64,000 nucleotides of DNA from Eledone cirrhosa. Its lineage: Eukaryota. Under the pieces are notes generated by a model. The model was given only the letters and a program-made list of their open reading frames with translations, ran no database searches and was not told the DNA's origin. Below are positions 38,363-52,800 of this stretch, one piece after another (the first letter of the stretch is position 1; the number at the start of each line of letters is the position of its first letter). The position numbers were made by a program, and so were the translations under genes. The DNA is taken from contig OZ024740.1 of the NCBI GenBank assembly GCA_964016885.1, positions 251,906,001 to 251,970,000 on the forward strand, in the 5' to 3' direction.

Positions 38363-41300
38363 ACGGCTGGAAATTATCTCCCCTTGATTTTTTTTACAAA
38401 TTATCTCCCCCTGATTTTTTTTTACAAATTATCTCCCCCTGATTTTTTTTTACAAATTATCTCCCCCTGATTTTTTTTTTACAAATTATCTCCGCTTGAT
38501 TTTTTAAAAAAAATTATCTCCCCTTGGACGGCTGGAAATTATCTCCCCTTGGACGGCTGGAAATTATCTCCCCTTGGACGGCTAGAAATTATCTCTCCTT
38601 GGACGGCTGAAAATTATCTCCCCTTGGACGGCTGCAAATTATCTCCCCTTGATTTTTTTTACAAATTATCTCCCCCTGATTTTTTTTTACAAATTATCTC
38701 CCCCTGATTTTTTTTTACAAATTATCTCCCCTTGATTTTTTTTTACAAATTATCTCCCCCTGATTTTTTTTTTACAAATTATCTCCCCCTGATTTTTTTA
38801 CAAATTATCTCCCCCTGATTTTTTTTACAAATTATCTCCCCCTGATTTTTTTTACAAATTATCTCCCCTTGATTTTTTTTTACAAATTATCTCCCCCTGA
38901 TTTTTTTTTTACAAATTATCTCCCCCTGATTTTTTTAAAAATTATCTTCCCTTGGCTGGCGGGAAATTATCTCCCCTTGGACGGCTGGAAATTATCTCCC
39001 CTTGGAAGGATGTAAATTATCTCCCCTTGGACGGCTGGAAATTATCTCCCCTTGCACGGCTGGAAATTATCTCCCCTTGATTTTTTTTACAAATTATCTC
39101 CCCCTGATTTTTTTTTACAAATTATCTCCCCCTGATTTTTTTTTACAAATTATCTCCCCCTGATTTTTTTTACAAATTATCTCCCCCTGATTTTTAAAAA
39201 AAAAATTATCTCCCCTTCGCTGGCTGGAAATTATCTCCCCTTGGACGCTGGAAATTATAGCCCCTTGGAGGGCTGGAAATTATCTTCCCTTGGACGGCTG
39301 GAAATTATCTTCCCTTGGACGGCTGGAAATTATCTCCCCTTGATTTTTTTTACAAATTATCTCCCCCTGATTTTTTTTTACAAATTATCTCCCCCTGATT
39401 TTTTTTTACAAATTATCTCCCCCTGATTTTTTTTTTACAAATTATCTCCGCTTGATTTTTTAAAAAAAATTATCTCCCCTTGGACGGCTGGAAATTATCT
39501 CCCCTTGGACGGCTGGAAATTATCTCCCCTTGGACGGCTAGAAATTATCTCTCCTTGGACGGCTGAAAATTATCTCCCCTTGGACGGCTGCAAATTATCT
39601 CCCCTTTATTTTTTTTACAAATTATCTCCCCCTGATTTTTTTTTACAAATTATCTCCCCCTCATTTTTTTACAAATTATCTACCCCTGATTTTTTTTACA
39701 AATTATCTCCCCCTGATTTTTTTTTACAAATTATCTCCCTCTGATTTTTTTTACAAATTATCTCCCCCTGATTTTTTTTTTACAAATTATCTCCCCCTGA
39801 TTTTTTTAAAAATTATCTCCCCCTGATTTTTTTACAATCTCCGCCTGATTTTTTTAAAAATTATCTTCCCTTGGCTGGCGGGAAATTATCTCCCCTTGGA
39901 CGGCTGGAAATTATCTCCCCTTGGAAGGATGGAAATTATCTCCCCTTGGACGGCTGGATATTATCTCCCCTTGCACGGCTGGAAATTATCTCCCCTTGGC
40001 TGGAAATTATCTCCCCTTGGACGGCTAGAAATTATCTCTCTTTGGACGGCTGGAAATTATCTCCCTTTGATTTTTTTTACAAATTATCTCCCTCTGATAT
40101 TTTTTACAAATCTCCCCCTGATTTTTTAAAAAAAATTATCTCCCCTTCGCTGGCTGGAAATTATCTCCCCTTGGACACTGGAAATTATAGCCCCTTGGAG
40201 GGCTGGAAATTATCTTCCCTTGGACGGCTGGAAATTATCTCCCCTTGATTTTTTTTACAAATTATCTCCGCCTGATTTTTTTTAAAAATTATCTCTCCTT
40301 GGACGGCTGGAAATTATCTCCCCTTGATTTTTTTTACAAATTATCTCCCCCTGATTTTTTTTACAAATTATCTCCCCCTGATTTTTTTTTACAAATTATC
40401 TACCACTGATTTTTTTTACAAATTATCTCCCCCTGATTTTTTTTACAAATTATCTCCCCCTGATTTTTCTTTTACAAATTATCTCCCCCTGATTTTTTTA
40501 CAAATTATCTCCCCCTGATTTTTTTTACAAATTATCTCCGCCTGATTTTTTTAAATATTATCTTACCTTGGCTGGCGGGAAATTATCTCCCCTTGGACGG
40601 CTGGAAATTATCTGCCCTTGATTTTGTTTTTACAAATTATCTTCCACTGATTTTTTTTACAAATTATCTCCACCTGATTTTTTTAAAAATTATCTCCCCT
40701 TGGAAGGCTGGAAATTATCTCCCCTTGGACGGCTAGAAATTATCTCTCTTTGGACGGCTGGAAATTATCTCCCCTTGATTTTTTTTACAAATTATCTCCC
40801 CCTGATTTTTTTTACAAATATCCCAGTGATTTTTTTTAAAAAATTATCTCCCCTTCGCTGGCTGGAAATTATCTCCCCTTGGACGCTGGAAATTATAGCC
40901 CCTTGGAGGGCTGGAAATTATCTTCCCTTGGACGGCTGGAAATTATCTCCCCTTGATTTTTTTTACAAATTATCTCCCCCTGATTTTTTTTTACAAATTA
41001 TCTCCCCCTGATTTTTTTTTACAAATTATCTCCCCCTGATTTTTTTTACAACTTATCTCCGCCTGATTTTTTTTAAAAAATCATCTCCCCTTGGACGGCT
41101 GGAAATTATCTCCCCTTGGACGGCTGGAAATTATCTCTCCTTGGACGGCTAGAAATTACCTCTCCTTGGACAATTGAAAATTATCTCCCCTTGGACGGCT
41201 GGAAATTATCTCCCCTTGATTTTTTTTACAAATTATCTCCCCCTGATTTTTTTTACAAATTATCTCCCCTGATTTTTTTTTACAAATTATCTCCCCCTGA

Positions 41301-44300
41301 TTTTTTTTTACAAATTATCTCCCCCTGATTTTTTTTACAAATTATCTCCCCCTGATTTTTTTACAAATTATCTCCCCTTGGCTGGCTGGAAATTATCTCC
41401 CCTTGGAGGCAGGAATTTATCTCCCCTTGGACGGCTAGAAATTACCTCTCCTTGGACGGCTGGAAAATATGTCTCCTTGGACGGCTGGAAATTATCTCCC
41501 CTTGGACGGCTGGAAATTATCTCCCCTTGGACGGCTGGAAATTATCTCCCCTTGGACGGCTAGAAATTACCTCTCCTTGGACGTCTGAAAATTATCTCCC
41601 CTTGGACGGCTGGAAATTATCTCCCCTTGATTTTTTTACAAATTATCTCCCCCTGATTTTTTTTTACAAATTATCTCCCCCTGATTTTTTTTACAAATTA
41701 TCTCCCCCTGATTTTTTTTACAAATTATCTCCCCCTGATTTTTTTTACAAATTATCTCCGCCTGATTTTTTTAAATATTATCTCTCCTTGGCTGGCGGGA
41801 AATTATCTCCCCTTGGACGGCTGCAAATTATCTCCGCTTGATTTTTTTTACAAATTATCTCCCCCTGATTTTTTTTTACAAATTATCTCCCCCTGATTTT
41901 TTTTACAAATTATCTCCCCCTGATTTTTTTTACAAATTATCTCCCCCTGATTTTTTTTTACAAATTATCTCCCCTTGATTTTTTTTTACAAATTATCTCC
42001 CCCTGATTTTTTTTTTACAAATTATCTCCCCCTGATTTTTTTACAAATTATCTCCCCCTGATTTTTTTTACAAATTATCTCCCCCTGATTTTTTTTACAA
42101 ATTATCTCCCCTTGATTTTTTTTTACAAATTATCTCCCCCTGATTTTTTTTTTACAAATTATCTCCCCCTGATTTTTTTAAAAATTATCTTCCCTTGGCT
42201 GGCGGGAAATTATCTCCCCTTGGACGGCTGGAAATTATCTCCCCTTGGAAGGATGTAAATTATCTCCCCTTGGACGGCTGGAAATTATCTCCCCTTGCAC
42301 GGCTGGAAATTATCTCCCCTTGATTTTTTTTACAAATTATCTCCCCCTGATTTTTTTTTACAAATTATCTCCCCCTGATTTTTTTTTACAAATTATCTCC
42401 CCCTGATTTTTTTTACAAATTATCTCCCCCTGATTTTTAAAAAAAAAATTATCTCCCCTTCGCTGGCTGGAAATTATCTCCCCTTGGACGCTGGAAATTA
42501 TAGCCCCTTGGAGGGCTGGAAATTATCTTCCCTTGGACGGCTGGAAATTATCTTCCCTTGGACGGCTGGAAATTATCTCCCCTTGATTTTTTTTACAAAT
42601 TATCTCCCCCTGATTTTTTTTTACAAATTATCTCCCCCTGATTTTTTTTTACAAATTATCTCCCCCTGATTTTTTTTTTACAAATTATCTCCGCTTGATT
42701 TTTTAAAAAAAATTATCTCCCCTTGGACGGCTGGAAATTATCTCCCCGTGGACGGCTGGAAATTATCTCCCCTTGGACGGCTAGAAATTATCTCTCCTTG
42801 GACGGCTGAAAATTATCTCCCCTTGGACGGCTGCAAACTATCTCCCCTTGATTTTTTTTACAAATTATCTCCCCCTGATTTTTTTTTACAAATTATCTCC
42901 CCCTGATTTTTTTTACAAATTATCTACCCCTGATTTTTTTTACAAATTATCTCTCCCTGATTTTTTTTACAAATTATCTCCCTCTGATTTTTTTTTACAA
43001 ATTATCTCCCCCTGATTTTTTTTTTACAAATTATCTCCCCCTGATTTTTTTACAAATTATCTCCCCCTGATTTTTTTTACAATCTCCGCCTGATTTTTTA
43101 AAAAATTATCTTCCCTTGGCTGGCGGGAAATTATCTCCCCTTGGACGGCTGGAAATTATCTCCCCTTGGACGGCTAGAAATTATCTCTCTTTGGACGGCT
43201 GGAAATTATCTCCCCTTGATTTTTTTTACAAATTATCTCCCCCTGATTTTTTTTACAAATTATCCCCGCATGATTTAAAAAAAAAAAATTATCTCCCCTT
43301 CGCTGGCTGGAAATTATCTCCCCTTGGACGCTGGAAATTATAGCCCCTTGGAGGGCTGGAAATTATCTTCCCTTGGACGGCTGGAAATTATCTCCCCTTG
43401 ATTTTTTTTACAAATTATCTCCCCCTGATTTTTTTTTACAAATTATCTCCCCCTGATTTTTTTTTACAAATTATCTCCCCCTGATTTTTTTTTTACAAAT
43501 TATCTCCGCTTGATTTTTTAAAAAAAATTATCTCCCCTTGGACGGCTGGAAATTATCTCCCCTTGGACGGCTGGAAATTATCTCCCCTTGGACGGCTAGA
43601 AATTATCTCTCCTTGGACGGCTGAAAATTATCTCCCCTTGGACGGCTGCAAATTATCTCCCCTTGATTTTTTTTACAAATTATCTCCCCCTGATTTTTTT
43701 TTACAAATTATCTCCCCCTGATTTTTTTTTACAAATTATCTCCCCTTGATTTTTTTTTACAAATTATCTCCCCCTGATTTTTTTTTTACAAATTATCTCC
43801 CCCTGATTTTTTTACAAATTATCTCCCCCTGATTTTTTTTACAAATTATCTCCCCCTGATTTTTTTTACAAATTATCTCCCCTTGATTTTTTTTTACAAA
43901 TTATCTCCCCCTGATTTTTTTTTTACAAATTATCTCCCCCTGATTTTTTTAAAAATTATCTTCCCTTGGCTGGCGGGAAATTATCTCCCCTTGGACGGCT
44001 GGAAATTATCTCCCCTTGGAAGGATGTAAATTATCTCCCCTTGGAGGCTGGAAATTATCTCCCTTGCACGGCTGGAAATTATCTCCCCTTGATTTTTTTT
44101 ACAAATTATCTCCCCCTGATTTTTTTTTACAAATTATCTCCCCCTGATTTTTTTTTACAAATTATCTCCCCCTGATTTTTTTTTTACAAATTATCTCCGC
44201 TTGATTTTTTAAAAAAAATTATCTCCCCTTGGACGGCTGGAAATTATCTCCCCTTGGACGGCTGGAAATTATCTCCCCTTGGACGGCTAGAAATTATCTC

Positions 44301-47300
44301 TCCTTGGACGGCTGAAAATTATCTCCCCTTGGACGGCTGCAAATTATCTCCCCTTGATTTTTTTTACAAATTATCTCCCCCTGATTTTTTTTTACAAATT
44401 ATCTCCCCCTGATTTTTTTTTACAAATTATCTCCCCTTGATTTTTTTTTACAAATTATCTCCCCCTGATTTTTTTTTTACAAATTATCTCCCCCTGATTT
44501 TTTTACAAATTATCTCCCCCTGATTTTTTTTACAAATTATCTCCCCCTGATTTTTTTTACAAATTATCTCCCCTTGATTTTTTTTTACAAATTATCTCCC
44601 CCTGATTTTTTTTTTACAAATTATCTCCCCCTGATTTTTTTAAAAATTATCTTCCCTTGGCTGGCGGGAAATTATCTCCCCTTGGACGGCTGGAAATTAT
44701 CTCCCCTTGGAAGGATGTAAATTATCTCCCCTTGGACGGCTGGAAATTATCTCCCCTTGCACGGCTGGAAATTATCTCCCCTTGATTTTTTTTACAAATT
44801 ATCTCCCCCTGATTTTTTTTTACAAATTATCTCCCCCTGATTTTTTTTTACAAATTATCTCCCCCTGATTTTTTTTACAAATTATCTCCCCCTGATTTTA
44901 AAAAAAAAAATTATCTCCCCTTCGCTGGCTGGAAATTATCTCCCCTTGGACGCTGGAAATTATAGCCCCTTGGAGGGCTGGAAATTATCTTCCCTTGGAC
45001 GGCTGGAAATTATCTTCCCTTGGACGGCTGGAAATTATCTCCCCTTGATTTTTTTTACAAATTATCTCCCCCTGATTTTTTTTTACAAATTATCTCCCCC
45101 TGATTTTTTTTTACAAATTATCTCCCCCTGATTTTTTTTTTACAAATTATCTCCGCTTGATTTTTTAAAAAAAATTATCTCCCCTTGGACGGCTGGAAAT
45201 TATCTCCCCTTGGACGGCTGGAAATTATCTCCCCTTGGACGGCTAGAAATTATCTCTCCTTGGACGGCTGAAAATTATCTCCCCTTGGACGGCTGCAAAT
45301 TATCTCCCCTTTATTTTTTTTACAAATTATCTCCCCCTGATTTTTTTTTACAAATTATCTCCCCCTCATTTTTTTACAAATTATCTACCCCTGATTTTTT
45401 TTACAAATTATCTCCCCCTGATTTTTTTTTACAAATTATCTCCCTCTGATTTTTTTTACAAATTATCTCCCCCTGATTTTTTTTTTACAAATTATCTCCC
45501 CCTGATTTTTTTAAAAATTATCTCCCCCTGATTTTTTTACAATCTCCGCCTGATTTTTTTAAAAATTATCTTCCCTTGGCTGGCGGGAAATTATCTCCCC
45601 TTGGACGGCTGGAAATTATCTCCCCTTGGAAGGATGGAAATTATCTCCCCTTGGACGGCTGGATATTATCTCCCCTTGCACGGCTGGAAATTATCTCCCC
45701 TTGGCTGGAAATTATCTCCCCTTGGACGGCTAGAAATTATCTCTCTTTGGACGGCTGGAAATTATCTCCCTTTGATTTTTTTTACAAATTATCTCCCTCT
45801 GATATTTTTTACAAATCTCCCCCTGATTTTTTAAAAAAAATTATCTCCCCTTCGCTGGCTGGAAATTATCTCCCCTTGGACACTGGAAATTATAGCCCCT
45901 TGGAGGGCTGGAAATTATCTTCCCTTGGACGGCTGGAAATTATCTCCCCTTGATTTTTTTTACAAATTATCTCCGCCTGATTTTTTTTAAAAATTATCTC
46001 TCCTTGGACGGCTGGAAATTATCTCCCCTTGATTTTTTTTACAAATTATCTCCCCCTGATTTTTTTTACAAATTATCTCCCCCTGATTTTTTTTTACAAA
46101 TTATCTACCACTGATTTTTTTTACAAATTATCTCCCCCTGATTTTTTTTACAAATTATCTCCCCCTGATTTTTCTTTTACAAATTATCTCCCCCTGATTT
46201 TTTTACAAATTATCTCCCCCTGATTTTTTTTACAAATTATCTCCGCCTGATTTTTTTAAATATTATCTTCCCTTGGCTGGCGGGAAATTATCTCCCCTTG
46301 GACGGCTGGAAATTATCTGCCCTTGATTTTGTTTTTACAAATTATCTTCCACTGATTTTTTTTACAAATTATCTCCACCTGATTTTTTAAAAAATTATCT
46401 CCCCTTGGAAGGCTGGAAATTATCTCCCCTTGGACGGCTAGAAATTATCTCTCTTTGGACGGCTGGAAATTATCTCCCCTTGATTTTTTTTACAAATTAT
46501 CTCCCCCTGATTTTTTTTACAAATATCCCAGTGATTTTTTTTAAAAAATTATCTCCCCTTCGCTGGCTGGAAATTATCTCCCCTTGGACGCTGGAAATTA
46601 TAGCCCCTTGGAGGGCTGGAAATTATCTTCCCTTGGACGGCTGGAAATTATCTCCCCTTGATTTTTTTTACAAATTATCTCCCCCTGATTTTTTTTTACA
46701 AATTATCTCCCCCTGATTTTTTTTTACAAATTATCTCCCCCTGATTTTTTTTACAACTTATCTCCGCCTGATTTTTTTAAAAAAATCATCTCCCCTTGGA
46801 CGGCTGGAAATTATCTCCCCTTGGACGGCTGGAAATTATCTCTCCTTGGACGGCTAGAAATTACCTCTCCTTGGACAATTGAAAATTATCTCCCCTTGGA
46901 CGGCTGGAAATTATCTCCCCTTGATTTTTTTTACAAATTATCTCCCCCTGATTTTTTTTACAAATTATCTCCCCTGATTTTTTTTTACAAATTATCTCCC
47001 CCTGATTTTTTTTTACAAATTATCTCCCCCTGATTTTTTTTACAAATTATCTCCCCCTGATTTTTTTACAAATTATCTCCCCTTGGCTGGCTGGAAATTA
47101 TCTCCCCTTGGAGGCAGGAATTTATCTCCCCTTGGACGGCTAGAAATTACCTCTCCTTGGACGGCTGGAAAATATGTCTCCTTGGACGGCTGGAAATTAT
47201 CTCCCCTTGGACGGCTGGAAATTATCTTCCCTTGGACGGCTGGAAATTATCTCCCCTTGGACGGCTAGAAATTACCTCTCCTTGGACGGCTGAAAATTAT

Positions 47301-49889
47301 CTCCCCTTGGACGGCTGGAAATTATCTCCCCTTGATTTTTTTACAAATTATCTCCCCCTGATTTTTTTTTACAAATTATCTCCCCCTGATTTTTTTTACA
47401 AATTATCTCCCCCTGATTTTTTTTACAAATTATCTCCCCCTGATTTTTTTTACAAATTATCTCCGCCTGATTTTTTTAAATATTATCTCTCCTTGGCTGG
47501 CGGGAAATTATCTCCCCTTGGACGGCTGCAAATTATCTCCGCTTGATTTTTTTTACAAATTATCTCCCCCTGATTTTTTTTTACAAATTATCTCCCCCTG
47601 ATTTTTTTTACAAATTATCTCCCCCTGATTTTTTTTACAAATTATCTCCCCCTGATTTTTTTTTACAAATTATCTCCCCTTGATTTTTTTTTACAAATTA
47701 TCTCCCCCTGATTTTTTTTTTACAAATTATCTCCCCCTGATTTTTTTACAAATTATCTCCCCCTGATTTTTTTTACAAATTATCTCCCCCTGATTTTTTT
47801 TACAAATTATCTCCCCTTGATTTTTTTTTACAAATTATCTCCCCCTGATTTTTTTTTTACAAATTATCTCCCCCTGATTTTTTTAAAAATTATCTTCCCT
47901 TGGCTGGCGGGAAATTATCTCCCCTTGGACGGCTGGAAATTATCTCCCCTTGGAAGGATGTAAATTATCTCCCCTTGGACGGCTGGAAATTATCTCCCCT
48001 TGCACGGCTGGAAATTATCTCCCCTTGATTTTTTTTACAAATTATCTCCCCCTGATTTTTTTTTACAAATTATCTCCCCCTGATTTTTTTTTACAAATTA
48101 TCTCCCCCTGATTTTTTTTACAAATTATCTCCCCCTGATTTTAAAAAAAAAAATTATCTCCCCTTCGCTGGCTGGAAATTATCTCCCCTTGGACGCTGGA
48201 AATTATAGCCCCTTGGAGGGCTGGAAATTATCTTCCCTTGGACGGCTGGAAATTATCTTCCCTTGGACGGCTGGAAATTATCTCCCCTTGATTTTTTTTA
48301 CAAATTATCTCCCCCTGATTTTTTTTTACAAATTATCTCCCCCTGATTTTTTTTTACAAATTATCTCCCCCTGATTTTTTTTTTACAAATTATCTCCGCT
48401 TGATTTTTTAAAAAAAATTATCTCCCCTTGGACGGCTGGAAATTATCTCCCCGTGGACGGCTGGAAATTATCTCCCCTTGGACGGCTAGAAATTATCTCT
48501 CCTTGGACGGCTGAAAATTATCTCCCCTTGGACGGCTGCAAATTATCTCCCCTTGATTTTTTTTACAAATTATCTCCCCCTGATTTTTTTTTACAAATTA
48601 TCTCCCCCTGATTTTTTTTACAAATTATCTACCCCTGATTTTTTTTACAAATTATCTCTCCCTGATTTTTTTTACAAATTATCTCCCTCTGATTTTTTTT
48701 TACAAATTATCTCCCCCTGATTTTTTTTTTACAAATTATCTCCCCCTGATTTTTTTACAAATTATCTCCCCCTGATTTTTTTTACAATCTCCGCCTGATT
48801 TTTTAAAAAATTATCTTCCCTTGGCTGGCGGGAAATTATCTCCCCTTGGACGGCTTGAAATTATCTCCCCTTGGACGGCTAGAAATTATCTCTCTTTGGA
48901 CGGCTGGAAATTATCTCCCCTTGATTTTTTTTACAAATTATCTCCCCCTGATTTTTTTTACAAATTATCCCCGCATGATTTAAAAAAAAAAAATTATCTC
49001 CCCTTCGCTGGCTGGAAATTATCTCCCCTTGGACGCTGGAAATTATAGCCCCTTGGAGGGCTGGAAATTATCTTCCCTTGGACGGCTGGAAATTATCTCC
49101 CCTTGATTTTTTTTACAAATTATCTCCCCCTGATTTTTTTTTACAAATTATCTCCCCCTGATTTTTTTTTACAAATTATCTCCCCCTGATTTTTTTTTTA
49201 CAAATTATCTCCGCTTGATTTTTTAAAAAAAATTATCTCCCCTTGGACGGCTGGAAATTATCTCCCCTTGGACGGCTGGAAATTATCTCCCCTTGGACGG
49301 CTAGAAATTATCTCTCCTTGGACGGCTGAAAATTATCTCCCCTTGGACGGCTGCAAATTATCTCCCCTTGATTTTTTTTACAAATTATCTCCCCCTGATT
49401 TTTTTTTACAAATTATCTACCCCTGATTTTTTTTTACAAATTATCTCCCCTTGATTTTTTTTTACAAATTATCTCCCCCTGATTTTTTTTTTACAAATTA
49501 TCTCCCCCTGATTTTTTTACAAATTATCTCCCCCTGATTTTTTTTACAAATTATCTCCCCCTGATTTTTTTTACAAATTATCTCCCCTTGATTTTTTTTT
49601 ACAAATTATCTCCCCCTGATTTTTTTTTTACAAATTATCTCCCCCTGATTTTTTTAAAAATTATCTTCCCTTGGCTGGCGGGAAATTATCTCCCCTTGGA
49701 CGGCTGGAAATTATCTCCCCTTGGAAGGATGTAAATTATCTCCCCTTGGACGGCTGGAAATTATCTCCCTTGCACGGCTGGAAATTATCTCCCCTTGATT
49801 TTTTTTACAAATTATCTCCCCCTGATTTTTTTTTACAAATTATCTCCCCCTGATTTTTTTTTACAAATTATCTCCCCCTGATTTTTTTT
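38363..49889 (+). repeat. Tandem duplication, 5705-bp unit, about 2 copies
   Basis: Pseudo-ORF pairs at exactly 5705 (39241/44946 through 43966/49671). Private variants: CCCCTTTATTT, ACGGCTGGATATT, CCCCGTGGAC, CTCCCTTGCAC. Confidence 0.92.
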
Positions 49890-52800
49890 ACAAATTATCT
49901 CCCCCTGATTTTTAAAAAAAAAATTATCTCCCCTTCGCTGGCTGGAAATTATCTCCCCTTGGACGCTGGAAATTATAGCCCCTTGGAGGGCTGGAAATTA
50001 TCTTCCCTTGGACGGCTGGAAATTATCTTCCCTTGGACGGCTGGAAATTATCTCCCCTTGATTTTTTTTACAAATTATCTCCCCCTGATTTTTTTTTACA
50101 AATTATCTCCCCCTGATTTTTTTTTACAAATTATCTCCCCCTGATTTTTTTTTTACAAATTATCTCCGCTTGATTTTTTAAAAAAAATTATCTCCCCTTG
50201 GACGGCTGGAAATTATCTCCCCTTGGACGGCTGGAAATTATCTCCCCTTGGACGGCTAGAAATTATCTCTCCTTGGACGGCTGAAAATTATCTCCCCTTG
50301 GACGGCTGCAAATTATCTCCCCTTGATTTTTTTTACAAATTATCTCCCCCTGATTTTTTTTTACAAATTATCTCCCCCTGATTTTTTTTTACAAATTATC
50401 TACCCCTGATTTTTTTTACAAATTATCTCCCCCTGATTTTTTTTACAAATTATCTCCCCCTGATTTTTCTTTTACAAATTATCTCCCCCTGATTTTTTTA
50501 CAAATTATCTCCCCCTGATTTTTTTTACAAATTATCTCCGCCTGATTTTTTTAAATATTATCTTCCCTTGGCTGGCGGGAAATTATCTCCCCTTGGACGG
50601 CTGGAAATTATCTGCCCTTGATTTTGTTTTTACAAATTATCTTCCACTGATTTTTTTTACAAATTATCTCCACCTGATTTTTTAAAAAATTATCTCCCCT
50701 TGGAAGGCTGGAAATTATCTCCCCTTGGACGGCTAGAAATTATCTCTCTTTGGACGGCTGGAAATTATCTCCCCTTGATTTTTTTTACAAATTATCTCCC
50801 CCTGATTTTCTTTACAAATATCCCAGTGATTTTTTTTAAAAAATTATCTCCCCTTCGCTGGCTGGAAATTATCTCCCCTTGGACGCTGGAAATTATAGCC
50901 CCTTGGAGGGCTGGAAATTATCTTCCCTTGGACGGCTGGAAATTATCTCCCCTTGATTTTTTTACAAATTATCTCCCCCTGATTTTTTTTTACAAATTAT
51001 CTCCCCCTGATTTTTTTTTACAAATTATCTCCCCCTGATTTTTTTTTACAACTTATCTCCGCCTGATTTTTTTTAAAAAATCATCTCCCCTTGGACGGCT
51101 GGAAATTATCTCCCCTTGGACGGCTGGAAATTATCTCTCCTTGGACGGCTAGAAATTACCTCTCCTTGGACGGCTGAAAATTATCTCCCCTTGGATGGCT
51201 GGAAATTATCTCCCCTTGATTTTTTTTACAAATTATCTTCCCCTGATTTTTTTTACAAATTATCTCCCCTGATTTTTTTTTACAAATTATCTCCCCCTGA
51301 TTTTTTTTTACAAATTATCTCCCCCTGATTTTTTTTACAAATTATCTCCCCCTGATTTTTTTACAAATTATCTCCCCTTGGCTGGCTGGAAATTATCTCC
51401 CCTTGGAGGCAGGAATTTATCTCCCCTTGGACGGCTAGAAATTACCTCTCCTTGGACGGCTGGAAAATATGTCTCCTTGGACGGCTGGAAATTATCTCCC
51501 CTTGGACGGCTGGAAATTATCTCCCCTTGGACGGCTGGAAATTATCTCCCCTTGGACGGCTAGAAATTACCTCTCCTTGGACGGCTGAAAATTATCTCCC
51601 CTTGGACGGCTGGAAATTATCTCCCCTTGATTTTTTTACAAATTATCTCCCCCTGATTTTTTTTTACAAATTATCTCCCCCTGATTTTTTTTTACAAATT
51701 ATCTCCCACTGATTTTTTTTTACAAATTATCTCCCCCTGATTTTTTTTTTACAAATTATCTCCGCCTGATTTTTTTAAAAAAATTATCTCCCCTTGGACG
51801 GCTGGAAATTATCTCCCCTTGGACGGCTGGAAATTATCTCCCCTTGGACGGCTAGAAATTACCTCTCCTTGGACGGCTGAAAATTATCTCCCCTTGGACG
51901 GCTGCAAATTATCTCCCCTTGATTTTTTTTACAAATTATCTCCCCCTGATTTTTTTTACAAATTATCTCCCCCTGATTTTTTTTACAAATTATCTCCCCC
52001 TGATTTTAAAAAAAAAAATTATCTCCCCTTCGCTGGCTGGAAATTATCTCCCCTTGGACGCTGGAAATTATAGCCCCTTGGAGGGCTGGAAATTATCTTC
52101 CCTTGGACGGCTGGAAATTATCTTCCCTTGGACGGCTGGAAATTATCTCCCCTTGATTTTTTTTACAAATTATCTCCCCCTGATTTTTTTTTACAAATTA
52201 TCTCCCCCTGATTTTTTTTTACAAATCATCTCCCCCTGATTTTTTTTTTACAAATTATCTCCGCTTGATTTTTTAAAAAAAATTATCTCCCCTTGGACGG
52301 CTGGAAATTATCTCCCCTTGGACGGCTGGAAATTATCTCCCCTTGGACGGCTAGAAATTATCTCTCCTTGGACGGCTGAAAATTATCTCCCCTTGGACGG
52401 CTGCAAATTATCTCCCCTTGATTTTTTTTACAAATTATCTCCCCCTGATTTTTTTTTACAAATTATCTCCCCCTGATTTTTTTTTACAAATTATCTACCC
52501 CTGATTTTTTTTACAAATTATCTCCCCCTGATTTTTTTTACAAATTATCTCCCCCTGATTTTTCTTTTACAAATTATCTCCCCCTGATTTTTTTACAAAT
52601 TATCTCCCCCTGATTTTTTTTACAAATTATCTCCGCCTGATTTTTTTAAATATTATCTTCCCTTGGCTGGCGGGAAATTATCTCCCCTTGGACGGCTGGA
52701 AATTATCTGCCCTTGATTTTGTTTTTACAAATTATCTTCCACTGATTTTTTTTACAAATTATCTCCACCTGATTTTTTAAAAAATTATCTCCCCTTGGAA

